Below, piece by piece: positions 1 to 12,233 of a stretch of 64,000 bases of DNA. Numbering within the stretch: the first letter of the stretch is position 1; each line of letters begins with the position of its first letter. A program made the translations under genes and the position numbers. This stretch comes from Tricharina praecox (lineage: Eukaryota). Location: positions 620,001 through 684,000 of the forward strand of contig NW_026250421.1 of assembly GCF_024521635.1 (NCBI RefSeq), read 5' to 3'. The notes beneath the pieces are model-generated. The model did not search any database. It was given only the letters and a program-made list of their open reading frames with translations, and had not been told where the DNA came from.

Positions 1-142
1 TCGCCACCCATCTCGCCTCGTGGCCCCTTCTATTAGACTCTCGAGACCCTCCCTTGCCCATTCTCTCTTCAAATCAACATCATCGCGACATCACACCCTT
101 CACAGGTCGCCAGTAGCAACACCCACCCCGAATAGTAGCAGA

Positions 143-2276
143 ATGGGTAAGTGCTCGGCTCCGCATTGCTACTACTGGTTTTGGCCGGGTCGCGGAATTG
201 AAGCACTAACACCAAGTTTATAGCCCACGTTTTGCTTCCACCGCGCGACCCGCACCAACATTCAATCCCCCACCACCACCATCAACACAACCAGAACCCC
301 AATTCCCCCATGATCCGAAGGATGAGTAGCAGCTCCACCACCACCACAACGTCGGTGCATAATGAGTCGCCCGCCGACATCGAGCAGACCATCCCGGAGG
401 AGCCGGCCGCCCTTCCGACTGCCGAGGTCTCGGCTCCCACCAACGCCGCCGGCGGTATGGAGACAACCGAAAACCAGGTCGACATTCTGATCCAGAAGAT
501 GAACAAGTGGAAGAGCCCCGTGCTCGGCATCGACTTTACGAGCACCGGCAAGACTCGTCGCGCCCCATCGCAGTTGCTCAAAGTGGGCTTGAACGACCCG
601 TTGCACGGTCTCGATGACTCGTCGGCGACGAATCTTATCCAAGGCCAATGCTGCGGTGGCGGCTGCTGTCGTCTTCCATCTGGTGCGCCGTCGCCCGCCA
701 GGTCGCCTGCGCCGCTGAACCTCGATATCCCCGACAACGACGCGTTCCAGAGTCTCAAGCTCAAGTTGTCGCCGCTTTCGTCTCGCAGCAGGCTGTCTAG
801 CATCACGCCGCTGCCGGTGAAGAACATCTCGATTGAGTCGGTGCAGGAGCCCGAGGAGCACAAGTCGACGGCGTTCACTCACCCGCCGAAGTTCGTCACT
901 CCGCACCCTCCGTACGAGGTGTTTGCGGCCAAGGTTAGCTGTACCCGCGAGTTGACCAGACCTGGCGCTCCCAAGCGGACCTACCACTTCGACCTCGATG
1001 TCACCGATTACCCCGAGGAGGCCGAGGGTGTCGACTTCCGTGTCGGTGGTGCGATCGGTGTCCAGGCGCCCAACGATTTCGAGAGCGTGGATGCCATCTT
1101 CGATCTGTTGGAGATTTCGCAGGAAGACCGGGATGCTCCCGTCATGTTGAAGACCGAGGGTGGCCGCTGGCCTACCATCTGGGGGGAGGAGGAGCCTCGC
1201 ACCCTGCTTACTACCCGCCGTGAGCTACTGACGTGGACCGTCGACATTCAGTCTTACCCGCCGACCAAGAACCTCTTGCGTCTGCTGGCCGAGTATGCGT
1301 CCGACGAGGACCAGAAGACGATCCTCTTGTACCTCTGCTCCAAGCAGGGACAGGCCGCCTTTTGCGAGTATGTGTTCTCCTCTTCCGTCTCACACCATCC
1401 CGTGCTCGGGGTTGCCCTCCCTTTTTTTTTTGACTTCCATGATGCACTTATCAGATCTACTGATTAACTGACATCGATTTCAGACTGCGCACAGGCCCCT
1501 ACGTTACACTGGAGCAGCTTCTCAATGCGTTCCCCTCGTCGAAGCCCCCCTTCGACCACCTGTTGTGCAACCTCTCGACGTTGATGCCCCGCTTCTACTC
1601 GCTCTCCAACGACCCCCACTTCTCGCGCGATGCCTCCCACCGCCGCATCATCGAGATCGCCGTCACCGTGCACGAGTCCTCGATGCGCTGGCGCCCCGGC
1701 AACCGCACCGGCGTAGGCTCGGGCTTCTTCGAGCGGACCGCGCGCAAGATCCTCGCATCCCCCTCCTCGACCGAGACTTATCACATCCCGATGTTCCGCG
1801 GTCTGATGGCGAACCCACTGGCAAAGGAGTTCGTCGCCGACGGCCCCATGCTGCTGATCGGCGCGGGCGTCGGCATCGCGCCGTTCCGCGGCTTCGTCCA
1901 GCGGCGCCTGCAGAACGCCAACTGCGTCAACAAGGTGTGGGTTCTGCAGGGCGTGCGCGACTCGCTCGTTGACGAGCTGTATTCCGGCGAGTGGGGCGTC
2001 CACGACGAGCAGATCAAGAAGGTCGTCGAGAGCCGTGTTGGCACGGGCAGATACGTCCAGGACGAGGTCCGCGCGCAGGCCGATCTGGTCTGGTTCGTTA
2101 TTAATGCCCTGGATGGAAGGGTTTTTGTTTGTGGAAGCAGTAAGGGAATGGGCGAGGGCGTGGAGGAGGCGCTGGTGGATGTGGCGATGCTCAAAGGACG
2201 CCTCAGTAGGGAGGAGGCCGGAGAGTTCTGGAAGAAGAAGAGGGAGGGGTTGCAGTATATCGCTGAGACTTGGTGA
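143..2276 (+). CDS. FAD/NADPH-binding diflavin-reductase-family protein (CPR/methionine synthase reductase-like FNR module, no flavodoxin domain); exons 143-146, 224-1367, 1484-2276
   Basis: ATGG|GTAAGT...CTAAC...TAG joins in frame (MAHVLLPP). A second intron GTATGT(1368)...CAG(1483) joins FCE|LRTGPY. Motifs: RTYHFDLD, PRFYSLSN (FAD), LIGAGVGIAPFRGF (NADPH), YVQ, VFVCG, terminal ETW. Confidence 0.85.
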
Positions 2277-2708
2277 TTATACACACATACCCTTTCCTTT
2301 TCGGTGGTGGGATGTCTGGCTGCCTGGCTGGCTTCATGCCATTATCCTTATCCTTATCCTTACCCTTTTCCTTACCCTTTTCCGTTTCCTTTTCGGTGGT
2401 TGCCTTTTCTCTTTTCTTTCCCTTTTCTTCTTCTCTTTCTTTCTTCTCTTTCTTTCTGTTTTCTTGATTTTTGATGGAGGGACGGATGGGATGGCTCGAT
2501 ATCATTTCTTACTGTCGACTGGGTGGGTGGTTGGGCGGATGCATGGCGTTTTGATTTTGACTTTATGTTTGTGTTTATGTTTGTGCTGACCGTGGTTTTG
2601 TGCTGACCGTGGTGGTTTTGTTTTGCATGGGGGTTTCCTATTTTCTTCTCCTATTCTTACTTGTCACTGACACTCCCCGTTTACGTTGTTTTTTTTCTTC
2701 TTCGGCGT

Positions 2709-2832
2709 GCTGCTGCTGCTGCTTCTGCTTCTGCTTCTGCTTCTGCTTCTGCTTCTGCTTCTGCTTCTGCTTCTGCTTCTGCTTCGTTCGGCAGTGAGGC
2801 AGTGAGGCAGTGAGGCAGTGAGGCAGTGAGGC
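2709..2832. repeat. Adjacent microsatellites (GCT)n, (CTTCTG)n and (GCAGTGAG)n
   Basis: Tandem arrays visible between the convergent 3' ends of the reductase gene and PIK1. Confidence 0.95.
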
Positions 2833-3542
2833 GGGGTGAGTTGGGGAGTGAGTGAGTTGGAGTGGGTTGGGGCGGGGGTGGTTTAGATTTCTGTTTCTGC
2901 TTCACATTTCCTTTCATTTCCCTTTTTTCCTAGGTACACCATACTTCCTGTAGATGCGAGCAATGGGGGACAATTGCAATGGGAATAGATACAGATACAA
3001 ATAGATACATGATGCAAATCCAGAGGGTGAATTAGGAACTTGCTTGCTTGTCGCTATGATACATAGAGATCTCTACTATGTATAGACAGATGATGTGTTT
3101 CGTAGAATAGATAATATGGATCCTATACCCCTCCTCTGCTCGCCTCTGCTCGCCTCTCCTGCTCGCCTCGACTCGAACTCTGCACGACTCTCCATGACTC
3201 TCCTCTTGACCATCTACACTGTCTACACACCCATTCTTTCTACCCACTCACTACCCATTTGGTACCCACTACTTACATACTCGAGATATAAAACAGACAG
3301 ACAGACAGACAGCGCGGGCGCGGGGGGAGGATTTGAATCTTCAATCTTCAATCATCAAACAAGAAAACAGAAACACGAAACACGAGGTACGAAGTACCAG
3401 AGTAAAATGCACACCAAAACGCCCAAAAAAAAAACTGCACTCTTCTTGTTCTTATTCTTCTTGTTCTTCTTTCTAGTATTAAGGGTGTGATAGGAGTAGA
3501 ATGGGATGTGATTGGATGGGATGGGGATGGAGGGGATGGGGA

Positions 3543-6500
3543 TCAGTAGATCCCCTGCGAAAGATACTGGAATTGATCATACTGCATTTATTAGCAACTG
3601 TGTCGAAGCCGTGTATTGGGGGCACATACCATCCTAGTGAAATAGCTCCCGAGACTCTTCTGGACGAGCACATCCACAAAGTCGCCAGCCTCCTGCTCAC
3701 TCATCTGTAGTACGAACCTCTGCTTCAGCTGGGAGGTAGCATAAATAGCGCCGGAGCTGAAGCAGGGCATTCTGGACTCCTTCCCCATGAGCTCGACGAG
3801 CAGTACTAAATTATCGGCGGACTTCCTAAGCGCCTGGAAGGCCTGCTTGCACAGCGTTCTGAACAGCGCGAACGCCTCGGAGTCGACGCCGCCCATGACG
3901 TCGACGTACTCCTGCGTCAGCTTGAACGGCGCGCTTTCGAACCCCACGGACCCCGGCGAGTTCGACAGCATGAAACCAAAGTCGATGTGGATTATGTGCC
4001 CCTGGTTGTCGATCAAAACGTTGCCGTTGTGGCGGTCCTTCAGCTGCAGGATGTAGCAGATTATGCTGTAGGCCGCGAGAGACCGCACGAATGCGTCCAC
4101 GGCCGCTGCGTAAGTCGGCGTGTCCTCCGCCCCGAAGGTCTTGACGAAGTGGTCTTTGAGACTGGCGATGCGCCCGCGGGGGTTTTGACCCGAGGCGATG
4201 GAGGCGATTGTTAAACTGCGCTTGAGCGAGTGCAGGGAAGTGCCGTTGGTGATCGTTTCGATCAGGCCAGAGGACTGTAGAGGTCAGCACGGGCAATAAA
4301 CTCTTGTTCGGGGGATACCAACCTCGCCAGTAACCAGAATGCGCATGCGTTTAAGCCACACGGGCACGGCCGCACGCTGCCAGATCTTATCGCAGACCTG
4401 GATGAGCTGGCACGCGAACGCCTCCTGTCGCAGGTCCGCGCCCGTCTTGACGATGACACTGAGCAGGTCCCAGTTGGGACACGAACCGTACGGCGACGAT
4501 TTCCGCACTCGCTCGCGCTTCGCCGTCCATTCCTCTCCGAACGTGGCTGCACTGGGGTCGTCGCGGTCGGCTTTCCGCTCCACTCCCGACGTCATCTGGT
4601 CGTTTTCCATGCGTGCGGCGCCGGCTTCGCTGTTGATGTTTTTGGGCTTGGTCCCGTCGCCTTCCTCCACCCGGTCGTCGTAATTAGGGATCGGTGCTGC
4701 TGTCGCCGCACTCGCCATGATCGTGTCGAATGTCGGGATTGGCGCCGCTTCCTGGAAGAAGAAGCTCTGCTCCTCGAGCGTCTGCATGCTGGCAATGATC
4801 TTGGCCTTAATCGCGGCCACTTCGCTCTTTGGTCGTTTCCCGCCGCTGGCTTCCAGCTGCGCCAACATGTTTGCTGCCGTCCGCATGTGCGTCGCCAGCG
4901 CCGAAAGATCCGGGCTTTCGTTGTTATGCGGTCTCCCAGACTTCCGCCCGGGACTGCCGGATCTGCCCGGATCTGATGACCGCGGAGTGCCGCCTCGAGA
5001 CGACAACGTGGAGATGCTGTTTGCGCCGCTCGACGATCGCGGCCAGTGGGTGACCGAAGACGAATCACCCCCGGATGTTTCGACAGGCGCATCAAGCGCA
5101 TCGTCTACGCCAATGATTGGGGATGTCCCGATGTCACCGCCAGATGGCTCGAACACGCTGCTCGGACCTTCATCCGAGGATCCCACCCACCGCGACGACT
5201 GCCGCGGCGACTCCGAAAGATCAAACATTCTCTGCCGGCTCCCCGACGCCTCCTCCCGCAGCAGGTTGGACAGCAGTGTTTCGTTCTCGGACTTGCTCGG
5301 GTCGAAGTCGAAATCGTCGCGCAGCACCTCGACCATCAGCAGATACGGCACCCGCTCGGCGCTATTAAGGACCGTTGCTTCTGCCGGATTGATCCGAACG
5401 ATCCGGTGGTGGCTGGTTCGTGATTTGATTTGGTGCACGGTTGCCGGACATATTACGGGAATGTCGACCTCCGACGGCAGGTCGTTGTCAAGAAGCGCCA
5501 ATTCGGCCCGCAGTGCGCTCAACCGCGCTTGCTTGGGAACTTCCACCAGCTTGTTTGATATCTTGTCTAAAGCCGACAGAAACTGATCCTCTCTACGAAA
5601 ATAGTTGGCCCTTAACATGTGGATCTTTCTGGATGTAGATAATACGGCGGGGGTTAGAGGCCTGTCTTTATGTTGCCGCCGCTTGCCGCTGGAGCTCGAT
5701 GGAGCCATTAAGCTGGCTGCCGACTGAATTGAGTGGCGATGAGAATGTAGGTCTGGTAGGGAAGGTGATGTCGGTGGTGCTTCGGGCGCGGCAAGCATGT
5801 CATTGTATGAGGACCGTCTTGCTAAGGACGTGCTTCTCGGATCGGTCTTTGTCCGCCTCGGGGATGCCATCGCTACCGGTGAGCCCGGTGACCTGGATTC
5901 CGTTGTCAAGAGCGGTGGTGGTACGGCAAGACCCAGACTCGAAGAAGGTTTCGCCAGCGGGGGTGGTTTTTCCTTTCTCCTCCGGGTTCCCGAAGAACCA
6001 GTAGTTTTGCTGCGCACCAGTTTCGTGGGCATCTCGGATATCGTTTCCTGAGGTGTAGCCTGTTTCCTCGCCTGAGCCACTGCGAGCGGGCCCGCAAATC
6101 GCGGTAGGATTGGCGCCGCGATGCTGCCGACGATCAGGCTGGCGAGAACTGTGACTGGAAGGACATTCTCCTTCAACCGTTCCTTCTTCTTCGGCGTTTT
6201 CTCCGCTTCCAAACACGATGTTCTGTATCCGGTTGTAGATTCGCCGACATACCTAGATGCAAACACCCCCGCCAAAAACGTTAACCTCCTTCACCCTTGT
6301 GCTCCAGCATATCCTTGCGCGACAGTCTCTCCACATACGCGCCGTCTCTCCAAACTCTATCCGTCTCTTTCCTCTCGTCCCAAGTAATAGCGGTGGGTGG
6401 ATGGTGATGGTGTGTACCTTAAATGCCGTGGACTGCGGGTTCCCGGCCAAGTCATGCAGATGGGTTTGAAAGAGCCAAAATGTCTGTACCGGCAATCAGA

Positions 6501-6980
6501 ACCTATAGACAGAATACATATAGCTTTTGCCTCGTCCGCCGACCCCTCCTCGGCGGGCGGCGGCGGGATCAAAGGCTCTCTCCCGGCGCGCTTCATACCA
6601 ATAGTGCACCATGCGCCGACTGTTCGCACAGCTCGAATATGAAATCCTCCAGGGCGACCGACTGCATATTCTCGTTGCTCACGAGCAGGTGGCATAGCTG
6701 CGGCAGGAAAAACTCGATCTCCTCATAGCTGAACTCGCGTAGCTTCGTGCAGAGGAAGTGGTGGATTCCGATGTGGTCGGCGTAGCGGCTGTGTGGTGCA
6801 GTTCCACGTATATAAGCATCTTCTCCTCATCGGATAGCATTCTGTGGAGCGAGAGGGGAGGAGGCTGAATGGACGGTGCGAGTGCTAGAGGTGGTTTCCT
6901 TACGCCAAGTAGGTGACAGTGTAGAAAGGGTCATCGCTGAAGTGCTCGGAATTGATGAATCTATACAGCAATTGAGACAT
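3543..6980 (-). CDS. PIK1: Phosphatidylinositol 4-kinase type III beta, multi-exon
   Basis: Start MSQLLYRFINSEHFSDDPFYTVTYLA|RYADHIGIHHFLC. Motifs LNSAERVPYLLMVEV, IVKTGADLRQEAFACQLI, KDRHNGN, IHIDFGF, FESAPFKLT; ends YLSQGIY*. GT-AG introns near 6903-6789, 4322-4274 and 3630-3587. Confidence 0.95.
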
Positions 6981-8270
6981 GATGGCTGTGGTGGTGATGT
7001 GGCGGTGGTTGATCACCAGGCAGCGGACGGGCGTCAGAGAGCTTTTGTTTGACTGCCAGGACGGTAGCGGAGCGGAGGGCGTCGGAGAGCGGAGAGCGGA
7101 GGTTGCGGTTGAAGAGAGTTGCTGTGTGGTCTGTAAAGTAGAATTGTATGGTAGGTAACTCGTCGGGGGTTAACTTGCTAGCTCGGAAGCCGGGCGACTG
7201 CCGTGGGGGCGAGGAGATGCGGAGGTGGAGATGAAGAAGGGTCTCGTCTGCTATGGCGTCGTTGACTGCCAGCGTGAGGAGTATCAGTGTTCCGGCGCGC
7301 CGAGGGAGATCTTGCCAGCTGTTTCGCTTGGTGGTTCGTTCGTGAGGAGAGGCTCCTTCGTCTTCTTCGGGCCTTTCTCGAGAGAGGGAATGCGGAGAGG
7401 CGCGCTAGGATGGAGATGGAATCAACAACGTCGCCGCATCGACAGCCACAACCCGACCCAAGACAAAACAAGAATACTGTCGCTTTTGCTCTTACTTGGC
7501 AACAGGCCACAGGGTCCTTTCTTTTTTCATATTGGCTACACGCAGGACGACGGCCAAATGCGCTCCCTTCGAGATATCTATTTGCCGGATGGAACGGAAA
7601 GCTCCTGACAGAACACGGCGGCTGCGGGGATGTGCTCCTCGGTAGTCTACTCTAAAGGGAGGTGGAGACGATGAGCATTTTACTTGGCGGTTGGCAACAA
7701 CCTCAGAAGAAACAATCCCGGGGGCACCACCATAAGCCTTAAGGAGGTGGGTACCTATGGTCTTTCGATCCACTATGTAACTACAGCTATTGCAATTTCT
7801 ATTGGGATCCGAGGATTCCCGCGGCCGGCTAGGGCATTAATGCCTAGACAATTGCCGCTGAAACTGAGACACGCGCGGTGAATAGCCCATAGCAGTATGA
7901 GCCCGAGTTCAAGGAGGACCATTTTGCCAGAATTTGGTCGCCGAGATTGTGAATTCGGTCGGCATCCCAAGCGTTTAGAGGTAGAGTGGTCGGGGATAGA
8001 GTGTCGTCAATCGGCTCATTACCAGTCACGTCACTCGTCCGTCCGACCGCCGACCGGGACCGGGCCGACGCAACCCTTCTTCAACATTTGCGGGATTAGC
8101 CGAAGACAGAGATCCCCTTGCTGCAACCTCCAAGGTACACATATATGAACAGTTTTGTACGCGTATACATCAGTATATCTAACAGTTGATCTGCCCCTTT
8201 TCGACACTGCAATCCAACGAAATGACCATCGCCTCCTCTCAATCCCACGAGTTTACCCACTGGCGTCCAT

Positions 8271-9610
8271 CTATCGCTCGCGACGCACAGCCTCCACGAT
8301 ATCAGCCGAAATCTCCAGCAGCCCCTTCCTCCTCGCGGCCTCCTCCGTCTCCAGAAACATCGCCGCAATCGGCCACGCATGTACCGCCTCGTCCTGTCTA
8401 CTCAGCACCCTCCCAACGCCCGCCAGACGCTTACTCAGGCCCTTGATGCCCGGGACAAACACCTCTTCGGAGCCGTAATAGAACCCCACTCCTTGCCGCG
8501 GCATGCTTTCCGCCCACAGCGCGGTGTCTTCGCAGTCGCCGGGAGAGATCAAGGGGTCACTGGGGTCCTCCGATCCGGCGTATTGAAGGCCGTAGGCGTT
8601 CAGCACCTCCGAGTCGAGGAAGTCGCTAGCCGTGTTGATGTTTTTATGCGAGACGAGGTGCGTCCATGGTGAGATCAACGCGGCGAACAGCGGCTTCTCG
8701 CTGCGCGCTTTGGTGCCGAGGTAGAGGAGCATACTCAGCACCAGCAGCGCACCGGCACTGTCCCCAGAGACAACGACGCTTCTGGGATCCTCGATGCGCG
8801 AGAGCACGTGGTTGTAGCCTGCGAGCGTCTCGTGAAGTTGGAACGGATAGCTTTCGTCTGGCACGAGGGTATACTCCAGCGTGAATATTGCGGGGTTGTG
8901 GAAGCCGCTAGACTTGAGGACGCTGACCCACGTAAGGAGGAATTCCAGGTAAAAGTGGCTGCTTCCCATTGCTAGGCCGCCGCCGTGGATGTAGTAGATT
9001 ACTATGTCCGGTCGTGCGTCAGGAGAGTATGATATCCAGAGGCCCTTGAAGTCGCGCTTTTTCACTGGGAGATTGAAATCAGTCGCGGCTTCTATTGAGA
9101 ACGTACACTGAAATACCGCACCTCATTGATTTCGACCCAGGTGGGACATGATCTTCCAGGGATAAACCCGGAGCGCAACATGCGGAACTTCAGGTACGGC
9201 ACCGCGATGCCTTTACTGAGGAACACCCTGCCGACTGCGTTTGTCAGGATGCGGGTAATTCAGCGAAGCAAGACATATCACGTACCATCACTCGGAATAT
9301 TCGTAAATGCCCAGCGGATACATCTGACAGCCACATCCTGGAATACGGTGGTGCGCCGAGTATACCGCATCTGCAACTCCTTTGATGTGAAGCATCTCTC
9401 CTTCAGAAGCTGGAGTGGGAGCTTGATGACTGCCGGCCGGGTGAGTTTATGTACTTGGACGCAAAGTGGGAGCTAGGACTCACTCAGAAAAGGGAGAGCA
9501 GATAGGCCACAGCGGACAATTTTGACGATGTTCAAGTCGCGCAAGAGGTAGAACAAGAGGAAAAATAAGAAGACGGCGATATCGAGAAACGACACGGGTC
9601 TCAGCAGCAT
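8271..9610 (-). CDS. Alpha/beta hydrolase (HSL/GDXG lipase-esterase, Say1-like), multi-exon
   Basis: YIHGGG oxyanion motif, GDSAG nucleophile, LISPW, HAWP catalytic His. A hydrophobic N-terminal exon starts MLLRPVSFLDIAVFLFFLL at 9610. Confidence 0.85.
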
Positions 9611-12233
9611 GGTGGCTGCTGTCGCGTAAGGAGTGACAATCGAAGTTCAAAGCACTGTTGCAGAAGGAAGTACCGTCTATGTATCTAAGCACAAAGTACC
9701 TATTCAGAGTAGTCTCGCGTTGGACCCTGGCGGAAGTGAAATACTGGGCTGCAGCCGCATCTCGGAACTTCGAATGGGGGGCTTAGGGTTCCAAGATAAT
9801 CATATGGGGACAGACCCGAACTCCAAGCTCCGAAGCTTAGGGGTTCCAAGCCTTTCTCGGCATTCACGTTGCATTGTGCCAAGCTCGGCGCGCATATCTA
9901 CTCTACATATTGGGACAAAGTTCCTCCGTTAACGTGGCGCACCTCACAGCCAGACGTAAGCCACACCTTATGGCTAACTCAAGGATATTGCAAAGGTACT
10001 CTGCAAGTACCATTAGGTATATGAAAGGCGAATCACTCTGGCAATAACGAAAGTAGTCCATACCCAAAACTTCACCTTCAACCTTACCAGAAGCCGATAC
10101 CACTTAGAACCGGCTGGACTCGCCACAGTGATCGTTGTGGTGTATAGCACTCGCCATTGTATAGTTCTGGCACCTCATTGCCATCTAGAGTAAGGCAACC
10201 ATTGCTAACTGCCATGGCAGAGTTGCTTCAATGGAGTCCATTCAGACGAATTGATGATAATTATAAAGAGAAGTATTTCATTGCATAACCAGATGTTCCT
10301 TCGAAACTAGTCCTTTATATAATTTCTTAGAGAAACAGTATAAGGCCCCAAGCGGGCATATTCACGATGTATCCCATCCTTCCATGGTTCCTACGAAGCC
10401 AATGCTTCCAAAGTGTTTGTTATATCGGAACCATTCTAGGTAGTAATATTCACTGAATATCGCTCGTTGTGGGTCACCAACTTGCACGTTAGCCGCGAAA
10501 AGGTGGGCACCAAGCATCGTGAATGGTAGCGGAGCGGAGAGCGTACCATCTGAGCTTGGGGAGAAAGATGAGAGGCTTCATGGCGAGAGAAGATATGGTG
10601 GTCAGGGACGATGTAAATCTAGGACATCGGCGGGTTCCTGGACAGGATCGAGGAGGACACGGAAGTGGGCAGACGAAATTAGTTAGATACGAGTATGAGT
10701 AAACCAAAAAAAAACAGAAGAATATTAGTCACAAAAATTGGCACAGCTCGGGATATAGAAGACCGTTTGTAAAAAATAAAAAAGAACTTACTGTTACGTG
10801 GCTAGGTAGGAGGCTGGAGAGGCATGGTTGCTGCACCGAGCCTATTATCAAGACTGCAAATAGGCGTGGGAACCACTGGGAAGAGTGCGTAGAGATTACC
10901 ATAGCCTAGTTAGGCTACATACAATCGATGACAAAACAGCTCAAAATTGGTTGTAAAAGTTTGATTTAAGGTACGATCCATTGCGGTTTCTACAAGACCG
11001 CTTATAGCAATAGCTTCGCCGGCTCCGTGTCAGCCCGTATCCGCCCTGAAAGGGGCCAATATGTTTGAATGAGCTTGACTAGGGTGCGGCTTGGATCCCA
11101 CCGGATTATTGTATTGCAGCCATGGTATGTGGCCGAGTGCTTCGCCGATGTTCGGCGAGAGGTGTTCATCTGGTTCGACCACTATATTTCGAATCTTGGA
11201 TGGCAAGAATACCACTCCGCATGGCGCCGAGCAATTTTCGGTTCTATCGGCTTTGTGTCGAATGATTTAGGGACGGCCCACTGGTCCTCATGGAGTGTTT
11301 TCTTTATACCAAAAGATGACTGTCGGCGAGATTCAGCTAGGTACTCGGCAGTAGCCGTCACTAACTAGCCACCACTAGCCACGCTTAGAAAAAAAAAGCC
11401 ACCGTTAGATATGACTTTTACCCTCGTCACATACGCGACAATTCGTGAAATAACGTGACTGTCATATTGTTGAGACCCCTAGTTCATTGAATGGTGATTA
11501 CAGTAATGTGGCCTTCAAGCTCAGAGGTGCCATTCTGTCTGTCGTGTTCCCGGCGGTCCGGGTATTCCTTCAAGCTCTAGGTATTCCATGCATGACGTGA
11601 ACGTCAACGCGAAAGAAAAGAAAAGCCAAACTGCGGTACAATAACTCTCATCCTCCTCGATCACACCTAATAGCTAACCTGCAACCATCTTGCATCACGA
11701 CAGCAGAGCGCAGAGAGCTCTTCCTCGCCACCATCTTTCGGTTGAGGACGCTAGTAACTATCCGATCACGAATCTTCTCTCTCGCACAGATTCGAGGAGT
11801 CGGCCATTTACCCGGCATCCAATCGATTGACTCTGTCGTCGTCAACTTTCGCCGAAAATCGTCACTCACATCCAACTAAGGTTAACCTACCAAGAGACCA
11901 CCGCAACATCACACCACGCACACGACCACTCCAACCGCCATCACCATCACAACCACTACCACCACCACATCTTCCTCCTCCTCCCACATCTCCACTCGCG
12001 AAAAGTCACACGCGACATCGACACAACACCTCACCTCGCAGCAAGACACTGAAACGCTCCTCCGATCGACTATCTTTCAAACAGCACCCCGAGAAGCTGA
12101 GAATACTCTTTCTTCACTATTCGCCCCATTCTCAAGGAGCGGTCGCAGTCGTCGCTTCTGCTTTTCCGAAGTCTTTTTAACTTCGACCCACCACAGCCTT
12201 AGCAACTTCGACTCGCCACAGCCTTAGCCCAAC

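Noticed and set aside
143..146. 4-nt first coding exon (and the 5-nt first exon of COX7)
   Set aside because: Tiny first coding exons are common in filamentous fungi.
1969..3490. Hydrophobic or low-complexity ORFs between the reductase gene and PIK1 (similar ones at 61977-62640)
   Set aside because: Translations of T-rich 3' UTRs and microsatellites.
10270..11368. FGSIGFV peptide in both a minus-strand frame (~10390-10415) and plus-strand ORF 11069-11368
   Set aside because: The match is too short, with no extended similarity or recognisable family; it may be chance or very old relics.
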